Source: an uncultured Pseudomonadales bacterium (GTDB taxonomy: Bacteria; Patescibacteriota; Microgenomatia; UBA1400; PJMF01). Taken from it: a stretch of 64,000 nt of DNA. Location of the stretch: NCBI GenBank assembly GCA_964457085.1, contig CAYWDM010000004.1:8131-72130 (forward strand). Reading direction: 5' to 3'. The position numbers and the translations under genes are program-made. This document shows positions 40,315 to 48,844 of the stretch, piece by piece. The notes beneath the pieces were generated by a model. It saw only the letters and a program-made list of their open reading frames with translations. It was not told where the DNA came from and ran no database searches. How positions within the stretch are numbered: position 1 is the first letter of the stretch; each line of letters opens with the position of its first letter.

Positions 40315-40815
40315 ATGGAAGCACAAACTCAACCACCCACACAAACAAATACACAGGGTAACTCATCAAAAACCCTGGCTGTTGGAGCCGCAATCGCAGT
40401 TGTTGCAGTCGGAGCAATCGGTTACAAACTCTTGAGTGAGAAAAATGAGACATCTGAGGAATCATCAGATAAAAATAGAGCATCAACCGAACCAGTAGTC
40501 TCCACTGCACCAGTCAACTACAAAGATGGTGAATACAATGTTGTTGGTAATTACACTTCACCAGCTGGCCCAGAAGAAATTGGTGTCAAAGTAACCCTAA
40601 CAAACAACATTGTCTCTGATGTAGCGGTCACTCCCAAAGCCACACACCCCTTTTCAGTAAAATGGCAAAAAACTTTTTCTGAAAACTACAAATCCATGGT
40701 GGTTGGCAAAGATATCAACTCACTCAAAATACTCGAGGCTGTAGCTGGCTCCTCACTGACCCCAAAGGGATTCAATGATGCAATTGAGAAAATCAAAGCC
40801 TCAGCCAACAATTGA
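40315..40815 (+). CDS. Membrane-anchored FMN-binding (flavinylated) protein
   Basis: TM, YKDGEY, EAVAGSSLT (DxxSGAT-like flavinylation motif); adjacent to apbE. Confidence 0.8.
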   Translation: MEAQTQPPTQTNTQGNSSKTLAVGAAIAVVAVGAIGYKLLSEKNETSEESSDKNRASTEPVVSTAPVNYKDGEYNVVGNYTSPAGPEEIGVKVTLTNNIVSDVAVTPKATHPFSVKWQKTFSENYKSMVVGKDINSLKILEAVAGSSLTPKGFNDAIEKIKASANN

Positions 40816-41695
40816 TCAATTTGAATCTCAAATCAATCAAATTGAGTTTCAGGCTACTGGAACCCGCTGGAGAATTACGGTGAAAGCAGATATTGCTGAC
40901 TCAAGACTTCTTGAAGTAAAAAATAATATTGTGGCTCTAACAAATGATTTTGAAGAACAGTATTCGAGATTTCGCCCAACATCACTGGTTAGCAAACTAC
41001 AAAACAGCACAGGCAACTTTCTTTTTCCAGACAACTTTACCAAGTTGTGGAAGTTGTACCAAAAACTTTCAGAGCTAAGTGGTGGCCTATTTACTCCATT
41101 TATTGGCTCACTCCTAGTTGAGGCAGGGTATGACCCCAGTTATTCTTTAGAAACCAAACAGCTCAACACTCCACCTGGATGGGATGCTGTTACCTATCAG
41201 CATCCCTATTTGCAAACAAACACCCCAGTAACCCTCGACTTTGGAGCTGCGGGCAAAGGATACCTCGTAGACATCGTTGCTCAGTCGCTGAGTACCATGG
41301 GTCTTACCGATTTTCTAATTGATGCTGGCGGAGATATTAAACAGGTCACCGCAACTGCCAAGCCAGCTGAAATTGGCCTAGAACACCCACTTAACTCCAA
41401 TCAGGTAATTGGGGTGGCACACATTAGCAACCAAAGTCTGTGTGGCTCCTCTGGAAATCGCCGACACTGGAATCAATTTCATCACATTATTAATCCACAC
41501 ACTAAAACCTCCCCAATGAACATACTTGCCACATGGGTGGTCGCTGAAACTGCACTAGAGGCAGATGCATTGGCTACCTGTTTATTTTTTGCACCACCAA
41601 CAACATTTAGCAAAACATTTAATTTTAGTTATGCACTAGTAAATGCGGATCAAAGTCTGAGCTATTCATCAAATTTTCCGGCTACTTTCTTTTAA
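40775..41695 (+). CDS. apbE: FAD:protein FMN transferase (ApbE)
   Basis: ATGT, SRFRPTS, LDFGAAGKGYLVD, DAGGD, HHIINP, ADALAT. Start uncertain. Confidence 0.88.
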   Translation: MMQLRKSKPQPTIDQFESQINQIEFQATGTRWRITVKADIADSRLLEVKNNIVALTNDFEEQYSRFRPTSLVSKLQNSTGNFLFPDNFTKLWKLYQKLSELSGGLFTPFIGSLLVEAGYDPSYSLETKQLNTPPGWDAVTYQHPYLQTNTPVTLDFGAAGKGYLVDIVAQSLSTMGLTDFLIDAGGDIKQVTATAKPAEIGLEHPLNSNQVIGVAHISNQSLCGSSGNRRHWNQFHHIINPHTKTSPMNILATWVVAETALEADALATCLFFAPPTTFSKTFNFSYALVNADQSLSYSSNFPATFF

Positions 41696-41817
41696 ATGTG
41701 CTCAGGTCTCTAATAACTGAGCAATCTGGAGTAATCATCTGCCTACTTTTGTCTTTTTGAAAAAAAACCGATTCAGTGATAGAGTGAGGAGTTGTTAGCA
41801 AACAAGAAAAGGACATT

Positions 41818-42549
41818 ATGAAAGGTATTATTTTAGCTGGCGGGCTCGGAACTCGGCTCTATCCCCTCACCCACGTAACCAACAAGCATTTATTACCCGT
41901 GTACAACAAGCCAATGATTTTCTATCCAATAGAAACATTGGTTAACGCTGGAGTTACAGAAATTCTGATCGTCACTAGTGGTCCTCATGTCGGTGACTTC
42001 CTAGGTGTACTCAAAAACGGTAAACAGCTGGGTGTTACTCATCTTGAATATGCCTATCAGGAGAAACCCGATGGAGGCATTGCAGACGCCTTATCACTGG
42101 CCGAAGATTTTGCCGACAGTGAATCAATCGCAGTTATTCTTGGTGACAACACTACTGACGCAGATATTAAGCCTGCAGTTCAAAACTTTACCAGTGGTGC
42201 CACAATTTTCTTAAAAGAAGTTCCTGATCCAAATCGTTTCGGCGTTGCAGCATTTGATCCAGAAAACCCCAAGCAGATCATCAGAATCGATGAAAAACCC
42301 AAAGTGCCTCCTTCAAACTATGCAGTAACCGGTCTGTATTTGTATGATCACACTGTTTTTGATTTTATTCGTCGCTGTGATACTAACTATATTGGTCGAG
42401 GTGAATTGGAAATTACCCAGGTCAACAACTTTTACATCCAAGAGAAAAAATTAGGTTGGGATGAACTTAAAGGTTTCTGGAGTGATGCCGGAACTTTTGA
42501 ATCACTTTTTGTTGCCACGGAATATTGGGCAAAGAAAAATAAAGCCTAA
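41818..42549 (+). CDS. Glucose-1-phosphate thymidylyltransferase (RfbA/SpsI-like)
   Basis: GIILAGGLGTRLYPLT, LLPVYNKPM, ILGDN, EKP, RGELEIT, WSDAGT. Confidence 0.9.
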   Translation: MKGIILAGGLGTRLYPLTHVTNKHLLPVYNKPMIFYPIETLVNAGVTEILIVTSGPHVGDFLGVLKNGKQLGVTHLEYAYQEKPDGGIADALSLAEDFADSESIAVILGDNTTDADIKPAVQNFTSGATIFLKEVPDPNRFGVAAFDPENPKQIIRIDEKPKVPPSNYAVTGLYLYDHTVFDFIRRCDTNYIGRGELEITQVNNFYIQEKKLGWDELKGFWSDAGTFESLFVATEYWAKKNKA

Positions 42550-42576
42550 TCGCAATTTTTTTGCATCTGTGAAAAT

Positions 42577-42607
42577 AACCCTCGATTAAAATCGGGGGTT
42601 TTTGTTT
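42577..42607 (+). terminator. Intrinsic terminator
   Basis: AACCCTCGAT-taaa-ATCGGGGGTT followed by TTTGTTT. Confidence 0.8.
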
Positions 42608-42674
42608 CTGGTAATAATTCCCACAAAATCAAACTAGCTTCATTTTCAAACTATTTTCCGATATACTCCAAGCC

Positions 42675-42716
42675 ATGATATCCACATCCAGTTGTTGTTG
42701 CTTGTTAGATTGCTAA
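42675..42716 (+). CDS. Cys-rich leader peptide MISTSSCCCLLDC (probably leaderless)
   Basis: ATG ATA TCC ACA TCC AGT TGT TGT TGC TTG TTA GAT TGC TAA. TATACT at 42662-67 ends 7 nt before the ATG. Confidence 0.7.
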   Translation: MISTSSCCCLLDC

Positions 42717-42719
42717 ACA

Positions 42720-42766
42720 CTCTTGGAATGAAATAGTAGTTACCCCGTCCAAGAGACGGGTTTTTT
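42720..42766 (+). promoter_or_regulatory. Attenuator antiterminator/terminator
   Basis: Terminator CCCGTC-caaga-GACGGG-TTTTTT (42744-66). CTCTTGGA (42720-27) is complementary to TCCAAGAG (42748-55). Confidence 0.72.
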
Positions 42767-42779
42767 GTATGAGGATTCT

Positions 42780-43485
42780 ATGTCAATCGAACCATTACGA
42801 TTATCAAAGTCAATTGATCACGCCACTTTTGTACTAGCTCATCCAGATGATGAGGCCATATTTTTTGCCGCATTGGAGTATCTTTGTCGAAAGTAACGTT
42901 TCGGTTCATGCAATTTATCTGACGCTTGGCGAACTAGGAATCCCTGCAAATTCAATCATTTCCCCATCCGAAATGGGCAAGATACGCACTCAAGAAATTG
43001 AATCTGCTGCTGTGGCCATGAACATTACGCTCTCACTATTGCGATTTCCAGACATGCATCTGCCATTTATTCCTATGCCAGATTTAATTACTGCCACGTT
43101 ACCCATCATTCGAGAACTCAACACTCGAGCCGTATTTTCCTTTCATCCACAGGAGATAACCTCAGAGTTTGATCACCCTGATCACACGGTTGCTGGCCAA
43201 GTTGCCAGACATGTGGGTGCTGCAGCTGATGTAAAGCATTTTTATCCTAATACACCAGCAATGACTTCCCGCCCCGAACTCTATCTCTGGACGACACAAC
43301 AAAAATGTGCAAATAGTACTTTGCCAATCACACCTCAAATTGCATCTCGTAGAGCAAATTATTTGGAGCAACACCATCGATCGCAATTTTCAAATCAAGA
43401 TCGACCTAATTGGGAAAAAATATTTGATTCAATTGCAACACAACCAGACAAAACAAAACAGGAACTATATCAACGCGTCAGGTAG
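42780..43485 (+). CDS. PIG-L/LmbE-family Zn deacetylase split across two frames; +1 shift needed, best fit at CTT-TGT (42882-87)
   Basis: Frame from ATG 42780 (SD GAGG) encodes AHPDDE and stops at 42896. The +1 frame encodes LTLGE, RTQE, FPD and HPDH. Joined product about 234 aa. Confidence 0.8.
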
Positions 43486-43490
43486 TTATA

Positions 43491-44399
43491 ATGAGAAGTT
43501 ATCCAACCACCATAATGCAACTTAGCTATTCCTACAGTCCTCGACAGGCAGTTTGGCTCAATCTTGACCCCAAACAATCATTTTTAGAGTTGCTTGACTT
43601 ACCAATCACCCACCTCAGACTATGCACCTATTGGCCAGATATACAGCAAAGTGCTACTGAATTTAATTTTGATGAGTTAACTTGGTATTTACAGCAATGT
43701 GAACGGAAAAATAAAAAAGTGAGTCTGGCTATAGGCTTGAAAACTCCACGATGGCCTGAGTTTCAGTATCCAAATTGGACTGCAAGCTCAATTGTGTCGA
43801 TTGAAGAACCGTTGCTAGTGTACTTAAAAAAACTTGTCAATTCGGTGCGTGATTTTTCTTGCATTGAGAGTTGGCAAATTGAAAATGAACCATTTGACCC
43901 CAGCGGACCACAAAACTCGCTCCTGCCTCAATCGTTATACGATCGTGAAATCCAATTGGTGAGGAGTTTGGACTCCAGAAAGATAATTGGCACCGTTTGG
44001 GGTAATGATTTGCTTCTGAGAGGAGCACTCAAGCAAATTGAACCATTGATAGATGAGATTGGACTTGATTTCTATCCAATGCAATCAACTGCACTACCAA
44101 AACCACTTCCTCAATATCGAGGAATAATCGGTGGCATAGCTCTAATTAAAAGTCACCTATCCAAACTATCTAAGCCATTTTTTATCAGTGAGCTCCAAGC
44201 TGAGCCGTGGGAATCTGATGCAGAAAAATTTCTAGACAAAAATCCCAAAAGTTTTAACCAAAAGACGTTGAAAAAAAATCTTGAGTGGGCAACTCAAATC
44301 ACTGACAATTTAATCAGTCTTTGGGGAATCGAATATTGGCTCTTTGCCAGAAAAAAATATGCTGTTGATTATTTTAAACTTGTGACTGATTTACAGTAG
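43491..44399 (+). CDS. GH-A clan TIM-barrel glycoside hydrolase-like protein
   Basis: GLKTPRWPE, WQIENEP (acid/base) and SELQAEPW (nucleophile) motifs. Confidence 0.7.
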   Translation: MRSYPTTIMQLSYSYSPRQAVWLNLDPKQSFLELLDLPITHLRLCTYWPDIQQSATEFNFDELTWYLQQCERKNKKVSLAIGLKTPRWPEFQYPNWTASSIVSIEEPLLVYLKKLVNSVRDFSCIESWQIENEPFDPSGPQNSLLPQSLYDREIQLVRSLDSRKIIGTVWGNDLLLRGALKQIEPLIDEIGLDFYPMQSTALPKPLPQYRGIIGGIALIKSHLSKLSKPFFISELQAEPWESDAEKFLDKNPKSFNQKTLKKNLEWATQITDNLISLWGIEYWLFARKKYAVDYFKLVTDLQ

Positions 44400-44426
44400 T
44401 TGCCCATAATCGCCTATAATCACCGC

Positions 44427-45233
44427 ATGGACATCATCAAACAATTTAAAAAAATTGACTCATCTCAACTGCTAGTGGTAAGCGATTTTGATCGCACCTT
44501 AACGCACGCATTCGTAGACGGTAAAGTTACCGCTCTTATTTCAGTGATGGTGCGTGAACATATGTTCGATGCTGACTATGCCAATAAAGCTAAAGCAGCC
44601 TATGAAAAATACCGACCAATTGAAATAGACGAAAGTTTATCGCTTGAATACAGAACTCAGAAAATGCAAGAGTGGTGGGAATACTCGTGTGAAGTACTCA
44701 TCGATAAGGGTTTATCAAAAGATAAGTTACGTACTGCAATTGCTAAAACAAAACACTACTTAAGAAATGGTGCGACAGAGTTTTTAACGAAGCTCTATCA
44801 AAAGAATATTCCCCTAGTCATTCTTTCAGCCGGTGGTCTAGGCAAAGAATCAATTCAGCTATTTCTGGAAACCAATAAGATTTACTTTCCAAATATTGAG
44901 ATTTTTTGCAATGAGTTTGTTTGGAATACAGATGGTGTTGCCACTGATTACATTCGACCATTAATACATGTTTTTAATAAAGATTTTCAACTGATTAAAA
45001 ACTCAAAGTATTATAAGTCAATAGAACACCGTAAAAATATTATTGCCATTGGTGACAACATAAGTGACTTAGACATGGTTAAAAACTGCGAATACAAACA
45101 GTTATTAAAAATTGGTTTTCTCAATGAGAACATAGACAAATTACGCCCAAACTACCAGAAAGCCTTTGATGTGGTAATTGAGAACGATGGTCCGATGAAT
45201 TATCTCTCAGATTTAATCGATCAAATTTCGTAA
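44427..45233 (+). CDS. HAD-family pyrimidine 5'-nucleotidase (cN-III/UMPH-1-like)
   Basis: VVSDFDRTLT, YRPIEID...MQEWW, ILSAG, IHVFNK, GDNISDLDM, LKIGFLN. ATG at 44427 follows TATAAT. Confidence 0.82.
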   Translation: MDIIKQFKKIDSSQLLVVSDFDRTLTHAFVDGKVTALISVMVREHMFDADYANKAKAAYEKYRPIEIDESLSLEYRTQKMQEWWEYSCEVLIDKGLSKDKLRTAIAKTKHYLRNGATEFLTKLYQKNIPLVILSAGGLGKESIQLFLETNKIYFPNIEIFCNEFVWNTDGVATDYIRPLIHVFNKDFQLIKNSKYYKSIEHRKNIIAIGDNISDLDMVKNCEYKQLLKIGFLNENIDKLRPNYQKAFDVVIENDGPMNYLSDLIDQIS

Positions 45234-45239
45234 AGTTTT

Positions 45240-46451
45240 TTAAAACATTTTTTCTGTCAGCGGAAATTCTTGCTGCAATTCGCCAGAATAATAAAACTCA
45301 AATGCTAATCGACCAAAGCTATAGGTAGTGTCGCCAATTGTGACACTCGAACCACCTACTTTTGGATGTGAGTTTGGCTCAGATTGAGCAAATCCAACAT
45401 TAAATAGAGTGCTCACTATTTCAGGCCGATTAGATAAATCATATCCAGCCTTATTCCACTGTGTGAGTAACTGCTTAATGTACAAAGCTCCATACAGATA
45501 GTTCCAACTATGGTCATCATTACTCAAACGATTAAAGCGTTCTTTTTCGACATCAGTGTTAGCTGGGTAATCTAAAACGTGTTCATACTCTTTTCCCAAA
45601 TAATATGGCGACTGTTGATCTTTAAGATGTAATTCAATTTGCTTGCCAGTTTCAGCTTTAATCGACATTACACCCAGTGAAATGTGATACGCATTGGCTA
45701 ATATTTTTAATGGTTCAAAATATTTTTTATATAGTTCACGCTGCGAGAAATATAATCTCAGCTGCTCAACCATCAAACTAGAGACAATGATGCGTGGCGA
45801 GATTTTGGCAACCCTAGCTGCTTTTACGATTTTTTCTTGATCTTTAAGAATCGAGGTTTTTGCGTTTTGCCATTCATTGGTATTTGCCCAGTTAAAAGCA
45901 TCTGGCAAACTGCTGGCTGCACTCGAAGTTGCAATTGCATTTTCAGTAAGTTGTAGCAAGTCATAGTCTTTTTGACAGACAGCTATTTCTGAATCCATAG
46001 ATTCTAGATCTGTAAGTCTTGTTCGGAGTGCAAATAGCATCTGATTCGTCAGTCGCAATGACCCTGACATTTTTTTGGTGTTGATGATTTTTAGAATATT
46101 TTTTGGTGCACGTTTTGAATTTACGGATAACTGGCAAAGTTGGGCAATTTTTTGATTCTTCTTCAAATTAAGTTCTTCAATTTGAGCGGCAATCGATACT
46201 AAATCTCCAGACGGTGAAGCGGAATTAATCACTATGCTTTCCTGTGCAGAGATTGTGGCTGTTAAATCAAGATTACTATTAGACGTCAGATTTTCTGCCT
46301 GCTGAGAAAATACGTCGTTCTCGCTATCAACAGTTCCAGAAACATCTGTTAGCTTGAGATTGACCGCAATAAAAACGCTTGCAAACACAAAACCGATCAC
46401 TGCTAATCCGTGAATTACTATTTGATAACAAATGAACAACAGGCGTTTCAT
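45240..46451 (-). CDS. Membrane-anchored hypothetical protein
   Basis: N-terminal TM, Ser/Asn-rich linker, globular C-terminal domain; family not confidently recognised. Confidence 0.7.
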   Translation of the reverse strand: MKRLLFICYQIVIHGLAVIGFVFASVFIAVNLKLTDVSGTVDSENDVFSQQAENLTSNSNLDLTATISAQESIVINSASPSGDLVSIAAQIEELNLKKNQKIAQLCQLSVNSKRAPKNILKIINTKKMSGSLRLTNQMLFALRTRLTDLESMDSEIAVCQKDYDLLQLTENAIATSSAASSLPDAFNWANTNEWQNAKTSILKDQEKIVKAARVAKISPRIIVSSLMVEQLRLYFSQRELYKKYFEPLKILANAYHISLGVMSIKAETGKQIELHLKDQQSPYYLGKEYEHVLDYPANTDVEKERFNRLSNDDHSWNYLYGALYIKQLLTQWNKAGYDLSNRPEIVSTLFNVGFAQSEPNSHPKVGGSSVTIGDTTYSFGRLAFEFYYSGELQQEFPLTEKMF

Positions 46452-46460
46452 AATTCAATT

Positions 46461-47516
46461 TCACTCAACTATTTTTTTAGAGACACAAGATATGAGTGTT
46501 TTTTTGAAATATCTCCAACTAAGCAACAACACATAGCATAATACAAATGTCACTACTGCAATGATTAATTCATGAGTTAAGTTTTTTCCCAGATAATACT
46601 GTACCAGTCGTAAAATAATTAGATGCATAAAATAAACATCAAATGAAACTTCACTCATATCAAAAACAAGTTTTGATTGAGTATTTTTGGCAGCTGTAAA
46701 TACTAAACAAAATAATAACACTGTACCTAAGATAACTAATGGATTTGTGTAATCAAGAGTTGCTGTTATGCCGTGTACTGTGAAACCTTTTTCACTTATT
46801 TCTCGATATAAAAGTCGAACTAATATAATTAGAAGCGTTAAGAATGCTGACAGTAACATCCACCAATATTTCACAACAGAAGCTGTCCAGATATTTAGAT
46901 ACATATGTAACCACTCACCAAGTAAAAAATATCCAAAAAAAGATGCATAGTACAAAATAGTACTTTGAGAAACAGCCCAATAATATGTTGACCCTGAAAT
47001 AAAAAGCAGTAATAAGAATGGTCTGGACAACCGATGTCCTCGCAGCATAAGTAGTAACACTGGGGCTGCTAAATAGAGTATATACAACACCTTAATAAAG
47101 TAAAAAATGAAGTCAGGTCCTGCCGTAACCTGATCCAGGTTAAATAGTCCCAAAAAAACCTCGGGTGATTGTTTATACCAAATAATATAGACAATCGACC
47201 AAAATATGGTGGGTAATACTATTTTTTTAATACGGTTAAAAATAAAATCAAAAAAACCATTCCAGCTTGCTGGAATTTTTGAATCTGAAAGCAACAAGAA
47301 GCCACTCAACATCACAAACAGTGGAACCCCAAATGTCGAGACAACTCTAAAGTAGACTAGAAATCCCCAGTCAACATTTGAAGGTGATAAAAATCTACCA
47401 AAGGAAGTTGCATGTAGCAAAATGACTAAAAATGAGGCAACTACACGCAACAAATCGAGTTGGGAAAACCTAGAGTGGTCTCCTTGCTTGTTTTCCGAAC
47501 TATTTATTAGTTGCAT
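46461..47516 (-). CDS. Acyltransferase-3 family membrane O-acyltransferase
   Basis: LDLLRVVASFLVILLH, VPLFVMLSGF, SFDVYFMH. Start at 47516 follows the tag stop. Confidence 0.85.
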   Translation of the reverse strand: MQLINSSENKQGDHSRFSQLDLLRVVASFLVILLHATSFGRFLSPSNVDWGFLVYFRVVSTFGVPLFVMLSGFLLLSDSKIPASWNGFFDFIFNRIKKIVLPTIFWSIVYIIWYKQSPEVFLGLFNLDQVTAGPDFIFYFIKVLYILYLAAPVLLLMLRGHRLSRPFLLLLFISGSTYYWAVSQSTILYYASFFGYFLLGEWLHMYLNIWTASVVKYWWMLLSAFLTLLIILVRLLYREISEKGFTVHGITATLDYTNPLVILGTVLLFCLVFTAAKNTQSKLVFDMSEVSFDVYFMHLIILRLVQYYLGKNLTHELIIAVVTFVLCYVLLLSWRYFKKTLISCVSKKIVE

Positions 47517-47517
47517 G

Positions 47518-48078
47518 TTATGGTGTACTGTTTGCATGAATCCAAACTGGATTTTTGGCAATTACCTTGGAATATATTGGGCATTTTGGTTCATGAGCAC
47601 CTGACAGATATCCAGTGCTCATTAAAAACTCGCCTACAATTTCTCCCCCGGTAAATCTAAACTGTTTTTTGAAAAGTATCACCCAATCTTTTTTTGATAA
47701 TTGCTGATGCAAATCAAGCCAATTTTTATAAGATCCAAACTCAGATTGCAACTGCAAAATAACTTGAGCGTTATGTATTGCGGCGGCAATTTTTAAGCGA
47801 TTGCGAATGATTCCTGGATCTCCCAGTAACCTTGCGATATCTTCTGTACCATACCCTGCTACTGTTTTCACATCAAAATTAGAATATGCAGTCCTAAAAT
47901 GGCTTTTCTTCTTTAAAATTGTAGTCCAACTTAAGCCAGCTTGGTTGATTTCTAAAATCAAACGCTCAAATAAGTCATTGTCATCTGCTATTGGAAAACC
48001 ATATTCACAATCATGGTACTGACGATGTACATCAGTCTGTTGTAGCTTCAAAACTGCACTGCAATATGTGTCCGACAT
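47518..48078 (-). CDS. tag: DNA-3-methyladenine glycosylase I
   Basis: YHDCEYG, LEINQAGLSWTTILKK, IIRNRLKI, FTG, H..C. Start MSDTYC. Confidence 0.92.
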   Translation of the reverse strand: MSDTYCSAVLKLQQTDVHRQYHDCEYGFPIADDNDLFERLILEINQAGLSWTTILKKKSHFRTAYSNFDVKTVAGYGTEDIARLLGDPGIIRNRLKIAAAIHNAQVILQLQSEFGSYKNWLDLHQQLSKKDWVILFKKQFRFTGGEIVGEFLMSTGYLSGAHEPKCPIYSKVIAKNPVWIHANSTP

Positions 48079-48159
48079 AAAATGTAGGTAAATATGATGA
48101 CAGCAGCATATCATCAATTATTTGACAGAATAAACCTACTAATTAACCCATTTAAAACA

Positions 48160-48193
48160 AGAAAGGCCTGGTTCTCACGAACTAGGCCTTTCT
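48160..48193. terminator. Terminator hairpin downstream of the minus-strand orphan
   Basis: AGAAAGGCCTGGTTC-tcac-GAACTAGGCCTTTCT with A/T tracts on both sides. Confidence 0.75.
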
Positions 48194-48219
48194 CTTTTAC
48201 TCGAAATACAGATTTACTA

Positions 48220-48603
48220 TTACGCGCCCAGGTTCTCCTTGACCCGAGTGGTTTGACTGTCAGGGTGCCCCGTCACCAGGAACTCGAACGCATCGTAAAA
48301 AATGCGTTCCTGGATGGAGACTTTGACGTCATCTCCATCAAGCCTCATGTTAAAGGTGAAGCCGCCGAATTCGCTGCTGGAAGCTTCCAACATTGCAGGA
48401 GTCAAATGCCCATAATTAAACAGGCTCGCGGCGAAATGCCGTTCGATCATGACTGCTTGAATCGTAATCCCAGCCTTTTCAGAGACCTGTCGCTTAATAC
48501 GGCGGTATGCCGCTTCAAGCTCGCCCAGTCTGTCGGAGGTATTCTGGGGCGAAAAATCTTGCCCGTTGAACCTAATCTTGCCATTATCAATCGTGATGTC
48601 CAT
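48220..48603 (-). CDS. Orphan 127-aa protein
   Basis: GAGGAG SD upstream, extended -10 TGcTATAAT at about 48797-805, downstream hairpin terminator. Confidence 0.65.
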   Translation of the reverse strand: MDITIDNGKIRFNGQDFSPQNTSDRLGELEAAYRRIKRQVSEKAGITIQAVMIERHFAASLFNYGHLTPAMLEASSSEFGGFTFNMRLDGDDVKVSIQERIFYDAFEFLVTGHPDSQTTRVKENLGA

Positions 48604-48844
48604 GCCTTACTTACTCCTCTGAAAAAGAATATGGCCTGCCTGTCATCTGATGACATTTGAGCAGGGTGGTAGATAGACAACGTCTCGCTACTACCCTACT
48701 CAAAAAAATAGTAATAACTGTGAAAGAGCAAAAGAGTTACTTCTTCTTGCCGTTTAAAATAGGTGATACCTAAATCAACAACCCAGAAGAAGGGCTATTA
48801 TAGCAAATGGAAAAATGGCCGGTTTGTAGTCACAATTTCAAGTA

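Noticed and set aside
42858-42869. ATA TTT TTT GCC T-run as the shift point or homopolymer error
   Set aside because: Not excluded without reads. It would give EAIFLPHWSIF, with a Pro in the expected helix, and lacks the SD-N3-CTT-T context, so CTT-TGT is preferred.
42847-43485. ORF-track start MMRPYFLPHW as the true N-terminus
   Set aside because: It omits the essential AHPDDE motif, which lies in the upstream frame with its own SD and ATG at 42780.
48094-48660. Plus-strand 188-aa ORF
   Set aside because: It runs through a terminator hairpin and lacks an RBS, while the antisense ORF has promoter, SD and terminator.
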